Part shown: piece after piece, positions 1-15,372 of the stretch
Layout: the number at the start of each line of letters is the position of its first letter
Position numbering within the stretch: position 1 is the first letter of the stretch
NCBI RefSeq assembly: GCF_009914755.1
Contig: NC_060947.1
DNA length: 64,000 nucleotides
Direction: 5' to 3' (one strand)
DNA from: the human T2T-CHM13v2.0 reference genome, Homo sapiens
Translations under genes and position numbers: made by a program
Notes under the pieces: model-generated
Told to the model about the DNA's origin: nothing
What the model saw: the letters and a program-made list of their open reading frames with translations, nothing else
The model's database searches: none

Positions 1-168
1 GCACTGAAGACTGACAGCTTCTGAATTTCAGTGGAGTGAATTCAAAAAACATGAGCAAATAACTTCAATACAGTGTCATAATTTCCATACTAGAGACGTA
101 AATGAAGTGTGTAGTGTCTCAGATGGGGTGATAGTTTGGCTGTACTGGAAGTGACTATACACCCGCAA

Positions 169-199
169 TACACACAGACACACACACACACACACACAC
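169..199. repeat. (CA)n microsatellite, interrupted
   Basis: Direct reading. Confidence 0.9.
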
Positions 200-755
200 T
201 TAGATTCCCTATTTATCCAATGACACACAACTTAATAGAAATGTGGTGGCAAAAACCCAAAAAACCAAAAACAGACAAAAAAAGAAATGTGGTGGCTGCA
301 GTAAGCAGGAACAAATGTAGCATATTTTTGCATAACTTTTCCCTTGGCCCTTGTTCCCTAAGAAGTATGCTTCTGCCAGAGATACTCCTCAGGTCGCGTC
401 TGGCTACATGTAAGAAGGAAGCCCAGTTCTTGCTACATCGCTGCTTTTTTTATACTTCGGCTTACATCACCATTCTGGAAAAAATGCATGCTATTATTTA
501 CTACTATTAAGGGAATGGTTGCAGGTGGTTGACTCTGTGGGTACTGATGAAAGTAGGCAGGGAGATAATGAAGAGTGGGAAGGAAATAGGGGCAAAGATG
601 GAAGTTTTTGCACATAAAAGTGGGGGAGAAAGGGAGAAGAGTCAGAGAGAAGTAGTAGAGGCAGAAGAGGAGGACCAGACTAGACCAGCAATGGGTAAGT
701 CAGTGGACGAAAGAGGAAGGGGTGCTCAACAGTCAACTGACACAATATGAAGGCA

Positions 756-797
756 AACAAAACAAAACAAAACAAAACAAAACAAAACAAAACAAAA
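756..797. repeat. (AAAAC)n pentanucleotide repeat, ~8 copies
   Basis: Direct reading. Confidence 0.9.
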
Positions 798-1076
798 ACC
801 CTCGCATTTGACAGAAGTTCATTAATTAATGAGCCCCTTTGCTAGAGTACACAAATAGAGTGTTAAAGACTAGGGATTGAGAGTAAAGACAAAACTAGAC
901 TGTTGAAGTGACTGGAAAGAAAGGAAGCATCTATCTAACTAGAAGATGCTTCAGTTAGACTAATAACAGAATGGCGTAAGCAATGCAAACATTTGATTAT
1001 TTCACAGAAGTCTGGTGGCAGATAGTCCAGGCTGGTGCTCTTGCTTTTTGCTCTTCTTTCTGCTCTGATATTCTTT

Positions 1077-1402
<326 letters not shown>

Positions 1403-1419
1403 CTGCTCTGATATTCTTT

Positions 1420-1650
1420 GCATGTAGGTTTATTGTCTTGTGGTAACAAGATGGATGCTGAGATTCTAAGCATCAAGTTCTCATTCAAGGCTGAAAGGAG
1501 AGTGAAAGGGTGGCACTAGCCTTGTCTGCAACTAAGCTTTTCCTTCGCCAAAAGACCCCAGCAGACATTTGCTTTAGTCTCATTGGCTAGAGTTGAGTCA
1601 CATGGCTACCCTCAGCTGTCAGGGATCCTGGGAAAGTAAGTATTTCACAA
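1420..1650. mobile_element. Old MaLR LTR fragment (MLT1-like)
   Basis: CAAGATGG...CATTGGCTAGA..GTCACATGGCTACCC..AGCTG..GGGA..CTGGGAAAGTAAGTATTT resembles MLT1 LTRs (by eye). Confidence 0.5.
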
Positions 1651-1859
1651 TACTAGGCTACATAATGGAAGCAGGCATGGGAGAGGAAATATCAATGGAT
1701 ACTAGAATAACCTACAGACAACATTTGAATTAGGATTTCATAGCAGCGATTTCAGCCACATTGTACCATGCTACCCTTCTGTCATTTGCTTCCTACCTTT
1801 TTAGATACAGGGATGTATCTAGGCCTATTTCTGCTTTGCTCAGCTCTAAGGGTGCTGTA

Positions 1860-2000
1860 CAGCCTTGCTATGCAAAGTGTCATCTGTGGGTCAGTAGCCC
1901 CAGAATCAACTGGGATTTTGATAGAAATGCAGAATATCAGGCCCTATCTCAGAACTGCTGAATCTGGATCTGCATTTTGACAACATCTCCAGGGGACACT
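1860..2000. mobile_element. MER5A-like hAT-Charlie DNA transposon
   Basis: TAGAAATGCAGAAT.TCAGGCCC...CAGA.CT.CTGAATC...ATCTGCATTTT.ACAA.ATC.CCAGG motif. Confidence 0.7.
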
Positions 2001-2687
2001 ATAGAAGTGCTACTCTGTGGCATTTGTTTGCTTGCTTGCCTTAAACTAATGCCAATCCGGATTAAATTTTCTGAGTGCTCCCTTAGATGTAGTCCACTGG
2101 GAAGCTATTGGTCTGGGAGTGAGGAGACTGGGATTCTAGCCTCTGTACTGACTTGACATGATGTCTTGGATAAGTCCTATTAGCACTTTACATCTCAGTT
2201 TTCTCATCTGAGTAATAAGATACTATCTAAATGTCCTCGAAGAAACTCCCTTCCATCTTCAAATTCTAATTGAAGGCAGCGTGTTATAGTGCAAATGAAG
2301 AGCTGCATCTTCTGCCTGTATGCCTTTATTAGATATGATTCTTCTGTCATTTTCTGAAAAATATTCCTCCACTTTGGAGATAGTTATTAAGTTGTCCCTT
2401 AGCTCTATTTTTCTTATCTCTAAAACCTTTTGGTTATTAAACAGGAGCATTAGTCATGTTGCGGATTTTCAGTTAAGAACAAGTTTCTTTGTATAAGGGA
2501 AATGAGAATTCCAACATACTTGTCCCCATCTGTGTTATTGGCCCCAATTACTTTGCCATGCTGTGTCATTTATATATGTCAGCACCACACAGGAACTGTT
2601 ATTGTCTATTCAGCATGACATTACACCCCCCTTAGGAATGTGAGAAAGGAATCTCTGAAATGCTTGGAAATTAGGACTTAGCATTTA

Positions 2688-3046
<359 letters not shown>

Positions 3047-3894
3047 GAAACAGGCATGAAAATTGTATTTAATAAGAAACTGAAGCAAATATTTTTTAAA
3101 TTGCTTCTAATAACATAATCAATTAGGATAATTTTGGGAGGAGATGCCATAAAAGCTACTATGGATCTCTGAGTACCAGAATGTCAAATTTGGTATTACC
3201 TGGCAAGCTGTTCAGATGCGTCTTCCATTAGTTCAGAACTTGCCCGTTTTTCCTAATGTGATTCATCCATGATTCTTCAGAGTCAAATTAATAAAGTTGA
3301 AATGCCTGCAGGGCTGCCACAGGGTTGGTGTATGTTTCCAATATTGTTGCATGTTTGTGGCCTCTTCAAAGGCTGAGTAGTGAGATCTAAATCAAGACCC
3401 CAAAGACTGAGGTGCAACACAGTAGAATACAGTGTTACCGCTTCTAGTGTCTTCATGCTGAATTTGAGGCACTTCATTTAGAACGTTCTTACTTTGTAAA
3501 GGAACATTCTGCAAAATGCCTCACTCTTTTTACTGCTTCATTTAGGATTATTTGCTTTAAAGATAGTGTCAGCATTCTAAAGACATCATGTTTGGAAACT
3601 CCCAGGAGTCCCCTTGCTGTCTTTGTTAAAGCCCAGAAATTTATTGGAGTACTAATTCCAGTTTTGTTCATTATATCTTAAAATAGTTGTTGTAGATTAG
3701 AAAAGGTTTGAAGGACAGCACTGATGGTTACTAAAAGAGAGAATAAACATTATATGAGGGCACATTAAAGAAGTCACAGAAGCACTTCATTTCTGGTATT
3801 ATGGCAGAATGGAAACCCTAACTCCTCATTGAAATAAGTAAAATGCTGAATACAATATGCTGTGCTCATCTGACATGGAAGTTAGAAATTTGTA

Positions 3895-4812
<918 letters not shown>

Positions 4813-5251
4813 TGAGGCTCGCTTTATAACCTAGCAAGCACATGGTTAATATCCAAAGATCTTCTAATTTCTGCTTGAAAAGAACATGTAGTCTCTAAAA
4901 GCTATATGCAGTGTTTTATATATGTCCACTAGAATAAGCTTAACTGTGCTCCTTCTTTTTTGTTTGCTTAATCTATTAATCACTTTTAAAAGTATGTTAA
5001 AAATTCTCTGTTCTACTGGGCACTTATCTTTGGTTCCTGTCAAATGTTGCTTACATTTTGAAGCTATATTACTCAGTTTATGCAAGTTTAAACTTGGTTA
5101 GCCTTCTGGATCTTTTAGCATTATGTAGTGACACTTATTTCACTGAGATTTATTTTGTTTAAGGTTTTCTTTGATATTAATATAGTTATAACAGCTTACA
5201 TTAGTATTTGTATATCTCTTTATCTTTCAGTTAGAGTTTTCTTTATTCTGA

Positions 5252-5581
<330 letters not shown>

Positions 5582-7325
5582 TAACAGTTTTCCTCTTGGT
5601 TTCTTTCTTTCCTTCTTTTGGGTTAATGGTTTTCTTCTTTTTGTTTTCTTTTTAAGTTTTTTCTTCTACTTGTTCAGAAGTTATATAGTCAGACCAATGT
5701 TTTTCAGACAATTTTCCTAACTATATTAACACTCATACTTAATGTAGTCTAAAGTTTATCAATATACTATCTTTCTACTAAAAAATACAAAAGCTTTCAT
5801 GCTTCAGTTGTGAGCACCCTTCTTCCAATCTGTAAACTATAAAAGTATTTCAAGTTTGTATGTTTCTCAGACATTATTAATTTTATTTTATTCTATTGTT
5901 GATGTTGCTTAATTTTCTTTAAAGTTTTGCCAGTATCTTTGTTCACTGTCCATTCTTGAATCTCAGACCTTTTATTTGTAACCATTTTCATTCTACTTGA
6001 AACACACCCTTTCCTCCAATCTGGGTCCTAAACTCTGTACACTTGTCAGCTTGACAAAAACATAGTTCTAACAGGTAACAAATTCTACTTAGAATTTCTC
6101 TTCCTCTTTTTTTTTCTCTCAGAACAGCAAAGATATTATTCCCCTATCTTCTGGCTTGTATTTTTATTGTTGAAGAGTCACTCGTAAGTCTAATTGTTGA
6201 TTTTTTTCAGAGTATGTATGATTTGCCTCTTTTGTTTTCTGAAAAAGAATTGCTTTTAGGAGCTCTTTTCTTTGGTATACTGCAGTTTCTCTGTGTCTGG
6301 GTGAGAATTTCTTTTTTATTTATCATTCTTTGGACCTGTTGGGTTTCTTATCTTCCAACAATGCTGGTAAATCCTCAGCCACTATTTTTTAATACTACTT
6401 AATATTTTGACACCATCTTCCATGTCTTAACTACCTCCTCAACATATTTTCCAATTCTTTATCTTTGAACTGCATTCTAGATAATTTATTCAGATCTAGC
6501 AGTTTACTCACTCTTTAACTATGTCAAATATATGGTTTAATCCATTCACGGAGTTTTAAAAATTTTAATTAGTACATTTTTATTGCTAGCAGTTATTTTT
6601 TAATCTACTTGATAATATTTTCAGTTTCTTTTCCCCTGCTCCTAGTTTTAATGACTTATTTTATTTAAAATATATTGCATAGTACTTTTAGATTCTGTGT
6701 ATAATTCAACTATTATGAAATCTTTCTGGATTATTTTTTCTGCTTATTTTCTTTTGGTGCCTTGTTTGCATGTATGTTTTGTAACTTTTGGCTGTGGGTT
6801 GCTAATTTTCCATGGAACTTTATCTGTGTGTAAATTATTTGAGGCATAGGGGAAAAGGACTTAAGTCTACTTCTACCACCGTCCTTGACACTTTAAATTT
6901 TCTGCCCAAGTTTTTTCATATCATATGGATAGCTTAAATTCAGATGGAAAACATAAATAAAGATAAGCTTTTTTTTTCCTTTTCTTTGTGACAATACTTA
7001 GAGCTGCAAAATAATGGAAAATATAAAGTCGTGGATGCAGCTAAAGCAATACTTAGAAGATGTATAGTCTAAATTCTTCCATTAGAAAAGAAAAAGGCTA
7101 TATATGAATAAGCTAATCATGCAAAGAGTTAGAAAATTAAGAGCAAAATAAATCCAAAGAAGGGGTAAAAAGGGAATAAATCAATGATGTAGAAAATAGA
7201 CACCCAACAAAGAGGATCAATAAAATAAAAGTTGATTCTTTGAAGAGACCTATTAAAGATACACAAGAAGTGTCTGATAAGATTTTTCCAGAAAAAGAAA
7301 CACCCCAAATAAATACGAGATCAGA

Positions 7326-7620
7326 GCCAGATGTGGGGCTCACGCCTGTAATCCCAACACTTTGGGAGGCTAAGGCAGGTGTATCGCTTGAGCTTAGGAG
7401 CTTGAGATCAGCCTGAGCAACCCTAACCCTACAAAAAATACAAAAATTAGCTGAGTGTGGTGGCACATGCCTGTGATCCCAGCTACTCAGGAAGCTGAGG
7501 TGGAAGAATTCATAGAGCCCAGGAAAGTCGAGGCTGCAGTGAGCCATGATCATGCCATTGTACTCCAGCCTGACTGATAGAGTAAGACCCTGTCTCAAAA
7601 AAAAAAAATAAAAATAAAAA
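7326..7620 (+). mobile_element. Alu (AluJ-like)
   Basis: Diverged dimeric Alu with GAGGCTGCAGTGAGCCATGATC and A tail. Confidence 0.9.
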
Positions 7621-8222
7621 AGATGAAAATGAAGATATAATTACTGATGCAATAAAGAATAATTAAATGAAAAGAAGATGCCATGAACATTAAACCAACA
7701 GTTTTGAAACATATATGAAATGTACATATTGTGAGAAAAATATAATTCATCAAAGTTAACAGTGATTTAGTCTGGAAATAGAAAAGATGGGTAGTGCTTT
7801 AACCTAAAAATAAATTAAATGTCTAGTTTAAGATTTTCCCTAAAAAAATCACCAAGCCTAGCTAGTTCTACAGGCATGTTCTATGTAATGTTCAAAGAAT
7901 GGATCACTTTATTTACATACAAACCTTTCTAGAGAATAGAAAAAAGTATGATCACTAAGGAGATTAGCAGTACTGTAATGCAAAAAACAGACAAGGCAGT
8001 AGAAGAAAGGAGAATCATAGGCCAGTCTCAATATTGCTTATAAACATAGATATAAAAATTCTAAACAAAATGTTAGCAAAGCATATCCTCCAACAGAAAG
8101 ATAATATCACGTTGGGTAGCTCCAGGAAGGAAATGTTGAATAATACTAGACAATTTTCTGGAAATAGCAGATTAGGTAAATTATAACAAAATACAAAGAG
8201 ACTAGACAAGTTGCACTGTATA

Positions 8223-8223
<1 letters not shown>

Positions 8224-8266
<43 letters not shown>
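8224..8266. repeat. (AC)18-G-(CA)3 microsatellite; matches the classic MAOA intron 2 dinucleotide marker
   Basis: Repeat read directly. Flanks AGAGACTAGACAAGTTGCAC (8197) and AGTGAGCTAACAAGATAGTG (to 8307) match the genotyping primers as I recall them. Confidence 0.85.
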
Positions 8267-9486
8267 TCTTTAAAGCATTAAAGAGCCAGTGAGCTAACAA
8301 GATAGTGAAGAATCACTGGGCCAACATCTGGAAAGGATTAACCTACTTTTCCCTGGGTGGCAGGGGGAGTTGCTGACCACTGAAGAAGCTCCCGAAGGCT
8401 GAGCAGTGCTTTGGACCTAGTGCAAAGCTAGGGTGACAGGTCAAGTCCAGAGCCCCATGAAGTGTGTACTGATTTCTGGGGGAGTGTTTGTCAACTCCTT
8501 GTGCTGTGGGTTGGGCTGCATCTAAGGACCAAGGGTAAATGGCAAGAAAACTAGGCCAAATGTGCATTTCGGCCCAGCTTCAAATCCTCTCAGGTACTGA
8601 AAATGGTATAAAGTTATCTGGTACTGTGAGAGTCCCAGGCTGTGGGCAGAAGCAAACATAAATCCTCTCTGAGAAAGATATCATCTTCCTAGGATTCAAA
8701 TGATTTCTACATGTTTTCAAGTGCAATGAGTGGCATTCAACAAAAAATAATCAGGCAAACAAGGAAAAAATGCATGACAACATGCTTGAGAATTGGTATA
8801 CACAACAAAATAGACACAGACCCTTTATTTATTAAAAAAAAAAAAACCACGGAAGGGTTGCAGCTCACCAATATTCAATTATTGATTAAATCATTGGAAC
8901 TTTCCAATTAATAAAAACAGCTGAAAAGCATGGAGAACTGTATTTATGAGGGAGGAAGTAAACAATTTTAGTTTATGATAGAGGGTTTGCATATTTGTAA
9001 ATAATTTAGTGATATGTGAATCTTTTTATACCTTCTTGTATTCTTTTCCTATGACGCATTCTTTCCTGGAAGTGTTTTAAAATAGCATCTAGAGCCATCA
9101 ATGTGGACTGATTTAAGATTTCACCTGGTGGAAATTAGGGAATTAGGCTTTGGGTGGCTCCTCCAGCAATAACACCAGACAGAAGCTCACATAATAATTT
9201 AAATGTTTCATAAAGGATCTAAACTGGCAGAACATACTACAGTGTTCTTTATCTTTTATGCATTGTATTGCTGAATTGGCCTTACCAATAACTTTACCAA
9301 ATGATGGTGCTTAGTGATGAGTGTTAGACAGGATTGTGCCCCAGTTCTTGAGTGGATGAGGAAAGATTGCCATTTTCAGTTGCTCTTTATAGGGGAGATG
9401 TAAGGCACAATTAACTTTTAAAAAAATAAATGGGGTTATTTTTTTACAAGACACCTTTTTTCCAAGTTTTAACTAAAGTCCTCTGA

Positions 9487-9672
<186 letters not shown>

Positions 9673-9997
9673 TGATAGGGAAGCATTTTATTTGAGAAAA
9701 CATTTGGTTTGTTTTTAGTTATTTTTCTTTCAAAGCAATTGTAAAAGTAGGCTCTTGACTTTGAAGTAGTATTTGCCTTTCTTTTCTTGTTTTCTTTTTT
9801 CTTTTTCTTTTGAAAAAAATCTCTAAAGTCTCCTGGAATCACTGCAGGATATTATGACTCAGCTTGACCTTCCTCCCTGTCACCCTCAGTGGCCCTCACA
9901 AGCTATCCTCACTCCCAGAATGGGAGGCTCTGGGTTCCCTCCTAATGCATTTGAAGGCCACAGGGGTGGGGGTGGCAGGTGCCTGCAACAGACATGT

Positions 9998-10027
9998 ACA
10001 CACACACACACACACACACACGCACAC
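9998..10027. repeat. (CA)n microsatellite in intron 3
   Basis: Direct reading. Confidence 0.9.
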
Positions 10028-11179
10028 TCCCCTCCCCCAGCTACAGGCAATCCCTGAGCAACCTAGGGAGCAACCCTAGAGCTCCAAGGAACACAAGAGT
10101 TTGAGGCCACTTCTTTAGCCTTTGAACTGGTTATTCATCCTCATTCTTACCTGGCATTATTTGGAATGCTTTATTTCCTCTGTACCTGGCCTTCACTCTT
10201 GGGAAGTCTAGCTTGTTTGTGCAGTTTCCTACTGTTTAAACAAGAGATTGTTTAAACTCTAGCCACTGATTTCCACAGCTGTTGCCAGTGTTTTTCTTTC
10301 TCACTGAAGCCAAACATGGAGTGGCTGGAGTCTGGAAACATGCCTTGAGAAATCAAAGTTCCCATCTGACATTGCAGCCTACTTCCTAGAGCTAGTGTCA
10401 CTGAGGAAGGGGTCATTTACTCATTCTAATGTCAGGATTCCCACACCAATAACCACATCATTTCTCAACAAATACATCCCTTCCCCTACTCCACCTCGGG
10501 CAATAACTGTGGGTCCGGAGGCTACAGGGCTTTGGGTGTGTCCTGGGAGTTGAGGATACTTGTGACATATGTACACTGATAACCAATCAGGAGAGACCAG
10601 AAACCTTTGTAAACTCTGATAGCCACATGGTTTGAGATGCTTGGGATAGTCTGGTGGTGACAGATGTGAAAAAGCAAATCAGTAGTCTTTTTATTCTTTT
10701 CTTTTTACCTTTAAGCTCTGTTGGACTTGAAAATCAGTAGTCTTTAGAAAAACTGTGGGTTCAGAGGTCAAGGGAGGAATGAAGAAAGTATAAAAAATTT
10801 CACAAAGTATTTAGGAACTCTGGCTACAACAGGCTGTGATCAAAAAGGAAAAACCCCTTTGCTTCCTCATTTTCTCTTTTCTGCACTGCACAGTGTTTCC
10901 ATGGACTAGTAAGTAATAACAACAGTGAGAATAATAGCTGCTAACATTTATTAAGCATTTTTACCTGTATTCTCACATTTAATATAGGGAGAGAGACCAA
11001 ACCCTTTGCGCTCAACTACTAATTAAACAGTCATGTAAATTCACTCTCCACTCCAACTGGGAAGCAAATGAGTGTGATGATTATCTTGGAATCTGTGCAG
11101 ATTCATGCTGATAAGATTCAGAGGCTGAGAGGTTTTTAGTTTACCTGGAGGCTAACAATAAACAACAACTAAAAGCTTT

Positions 11180-11345
11180 TTATGCATGAACTCATTAAAT
11201 CCTTACATCCACCCTGCTAGGCAGGCATTATCATCCCCATTTTACGTTTGAGAAACCAGAAGTTCAAAGAGGTTAAAGTGACTTGACAAGGCTATAAAAC
11301 TCCTAAAAGTCTACCTAACCCCTGAGTGCATGCTCTTCATTATCC
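11180..11345 (-). mobile_element. MIR SINE
   Basis: ATTATCATCCCCATTTTAC...GAGAAAC..GA.GTTCA.AGAGGTTAA.GTGACTTG.CAAGG core. Confidence 0.7.
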
Positions 11346-11652
11346 CGATATATGGCCTAGAAAATGAAACTGAGGACTCTGAATGGAGATGTGCTGGACC
11401 TCCAATGTTTGTTTGTCCTCACACACATCTACAGTAAGGTATCTCACTGTCAATATCACTGAAGTCTGGGTCATATGATGAGGAGATTCAGTCATTGAAA
11501 GACCACTTTTTTTCCTACTTTCTTACTCTTCTTCCAGTTTCATGTTCCTTTTATGTACATTTTAAAAACTGGGAAAAACTGGAAAAAACTGGAAATTTAC
11601 AAGTATGTCCTCAAGCTAGGTACCTGCTAGTCTCCCAGCCATGCCCAGTCTA

Positions 11653-11975
<323 letters not shown>

Positions 11976-12664
11976 TAAAACATGATGCTAAGGTGATAGT
12001 TTGAAAGTGGCACCCATAGGCAGCTTTTGTAAGTAATTTAGCTCCTCATTGTTCTTGATGGAGGCAAGGTGGAGTTAAAATGATAAAGTTCTGTTTGAGA
12101 ATTTTGACTTTGCCTGAAAGTGATCAACAGATCGTGACATGCTATCCAAACTTCCTAACAGGACCTTACAAATTACATATCTTAAGTGTTAGACTTTCTG
12201 ATGTCTCTGAAATTTTCTGGGCTTTACTGGGAACCCTGCTTTCTAGAAATCCAGATGTAATTGTTCTGTACTTTAAGAAGGTGGTCCTGCTGCAAGCTTT
12301 AATAGAGGATGAACTAATGGAAAGACTTAAGGAGATGATGCACGTTACATTAGGTGCCTAAGTAAGGAAATGTTAAGAGTAGCATCCAGGGTCCCTTTTT
12401 TGATTTTGTTGCTGCTGCTGAGTCCCGCTGTAAGGTTAGGTCCACACTACCCTGAAAGTCCTGTTCCTAAAGAAAAAACAACTTCAGCTTTCTGGAGGGG
12501 AGAACTGCTCAACTCTACCATATTTTTATTTCACAAAAATACAAATATGGCTGTGCTATTGCATAACCTACTGGACAAAGGCATCTTGCCATGGCATTGG
12601 ACTTGGTAGCCCGAGGCTGCTTTCAGGAATGTAAGGCAGAAAATAAAATAAAAACAAAAAAAGA

Positions 12665-12975
12665 GGCTAGGCGCGGTGGCTCATGCCTGTAATCCCAGCA
12701 CTTTGGGAGGCCGAGGCGGGCAGATCATGAGGTCAGGAGATCGAGACCATCCTGGCTAACACGGTGAAACTTCATCTCCACTAAAAATACAAAAAATTAG
12801 CCGGGCGTGCTGGCAGGTGCCTGTAGTCCCAGATACCAGTTACTCAGAAGGCTGAGGCAGGACAATGGCGTGAACCTGGGAGGCGGAGTTTGCAGCGAGC
12901 CACGATTGCGCCACTGCACTCCAGCCTGGGTGACAGAGCGAGACTCCGTCTCAAAAAAAAAAAAAAAAGAAAAAG
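12665..12975 (+). mobile_element. AluY-like
   Basis: Diagnostic GAGATCGAGACCATCCTGGCTAACACGGTGAAAC and ATGGCGTGAACC; CpG-rich; long A tail. Confidence 0.93.
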
Positions 12976-13209
12976 AATAAAAAACAACCAAACAAACAAG
13001 AATGCAAGGCATTGTTAACCTCTGGATCTTTGCCATTGCATGGCCATGCACATCAACACAATGGTAATATTAGACCATAATTATTGCATATGCAGCACGT
13101 GGCAGGTGTGTGCTAAAACACATACCGTGCCTACACTTTGGACAACAAATGGCACCTTTAAATCACAGCCGCTGTGGTTGATCCCTCAAGGTCAGTACCG
13201 CTCCCATAG

Positions 13210-13430
13210 TAATAATAATGACTACCTCCCCTACTGAGCTCCCAGTATGTTCCAGGCCCTGTGCCAGGGCCTTCACCTCCATTATCTTACTTAACCCTCA
13301 CATGGATCCTAAGTTAGGGGTTATTGCGCCATTTCACAGAAAGAGTCTGAAGTTCAGAGGCCCAGTAACCTGCCTAAGAGAGTAAGGGAATTCAGATTAA
13401 GGTCTTTTGACTTTATGCTGTCTCTTGCTA
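13210..13430 (-). mobile_element. MIR SINE
   Basis: TACTGAGC...TATGT.CCAGGC.CTGTGC...ATTATCT.A.TTAA.CCTCACA...CCATTTCACAGA core. Confidence 0.65.
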
Positions 13431-14689
13431 GTCCAGATTCTACTGTCAGGGACTGTGGACTCCAGGAAGCTGCCTTACAGTTTGTGCTTGTCCTGGCTCT
13501 TTCTGGCAGCTCTCTTCTGATGGTCATCCTGTGTCCATCATTGTGTCCCCATATGCAGTGCTGGTGACCATTTTGCTCAATCTTTTGACCCGGAAGCCTG
13601 AAAGAGCAGTGTTAACTACCTGCTATGATACAAGCACTGTGCCTTGGTTATTGTTTGATGGATGCAGTAACTGGAAAACAGCCATTTAACTGTCAGAAAA
13701 TAAAGATTGAAGCTCTATTTTGAATTTTAGTACTTATTTTCAAATAGCTACACATTTAAGATGGTAAGCATCATTCTTTTCATTGAATACTTAATCTCAT
13801 CGAATGAAAAGATGAAAAATAGAAATATATATCATTAAACCATCCTCTCACATACTTTAACCTTTCAGAGAATACATATTTTCAACCAAGGTAGACAACA
13901 ATGTTAAGGCAAAAAAGTAGTGGGTTGGTTAAAGTTTAGTTTATTTGATCTGAATGAGTGCCTTTTTGCTAGTGTTTTCCAATACATCATATCATTTCTG
14001 GAATGAGAAGTACTCATTGTAGTAGATGTTTTTATGATTATCAGGAAACTGTATTAGGGAAAAGCAGGAAGATATTTAGTTCAATATTCCAGATAAGATG
14101 ATTAATAAATTGTATACTAAAAGTAACTCTACTTATTTTAAAATATCTTAACTCTCACTGTTTTTCTCCACTTCTAGGGGAAAAGTGGGTGTTTCCCCAA
14201 TGTGATAGTGTATTGGGTTAATAATACAAATTGTATTTGTGACATTTTCTGCATTGCTTTTTGACAACTTCAGCTTTCATAATCTAATACAGTCAATATT
14301 CGTTTTTGTAAATAACACTGAAGTGAAAAGGAAGATTGCCATTTTCTAGATAAACCAATCAATAATCTTTGTGGCCCAGATTGCTTCAGCTCTTAAATTT
14401 TCCCAATGCGAAACCTTAAAGAATGTTTAAATTGTTTAAACACTGTCAACAGTCTGTGGCACATCTAGTCCCAGCTTACTCTAGGATGGTTTTTACTATT
14501 CACCAAGGAACTACTCGTTACCTTTGTTAGATTGTGTTTACAGTGCAAGTTTTAGCAAGACAGTGTATAGTTCCAAGCCTGAGCCTCTCAGATGGATACT
14601 GAGGATACACCTTAGTGGTGTTTCCTCTATCTGATCCCTTCCTTTTCTGAGACTATGCCTATCTACTACGTTCATAGAGGATTCACATC

Positions 14690-14890
14690 GATATGCTAAA
14701 TTCACTCATTGCTTAATATTTATATTTATGTATTTGATAAATATATAAGTATTTACAGAGCAAAATCTACTCTGTACCAGATATTGTTCCAAGCTGCAGA
14801 TAGAGTGGTGAACAAATGATCAAAATTTCTGCCCTCATGGTCCTTCTAATCTAAAGAGAGAAGACAAGTAAACAAGAACAGTAAATAAAT
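14690..14890 (-). mobile_element. L2 3' end
   Basis: TTCACTCATT...TATTTA..GAGC...CTACT.TGT.CCAG...GTGAACAA...CTGCCCTCATGG motif. Confidence 0.6.
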
Positions 14891-15145
14891 ATTAGCTAAC
14901 ATTTTTGCCTGTATCCTTCATGGATCTTGTGAATAGAATCCCTCTTCTAATTCTGGTTTAGAAGATCCTGATTCTTATATAATAGGTTCCTGACTGGTTT
15001 CTACAGTGAGCAGCTTTTATGAATTTTGTGAATTTGACATGCTTTTATTGGGGAGATTATATCTGATCTGTGAAATTAACATAAATTAATCATATCATTG
15101 TGAACCTTAAAGGTAGATTCTTAAATGGCATCAGCTAGATATTTT

Positions 15146-15180
15146 TACACTTGATCTTAGCCAAAAAGCCAAGAAGCAGT
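15146..15180 (-). pseudogene. 3'-truncated U2 snRNA retropseudogene (U2 nt 1-35)
   Basis: Reverse complement ACTGCTTCTTGGCTTTTTGGCTAAGATCAAGTGTA vs U2 ATCGCTTCTCGGCCTTTTGGCTAAGATCAAGTGTA (31/35 identical); TSD AGCTAGATAT(T/G)TTT at 15133 and 15181. Confidence 0.9.
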
Positions 15181-15195
15181 AGCTAGATATGTTTA

Positions 15196-15372
<177 letters not shown>

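Noticed and set aside
11565-11596. Short 10-bp x3 tandem repeat (AAAAACTGG[G/A]); similar 21-bp (21437-21479) and 17-bp (58816-58850) micro-duplications
   Set aside because: Ordinary slippage duplications with no sign of function.
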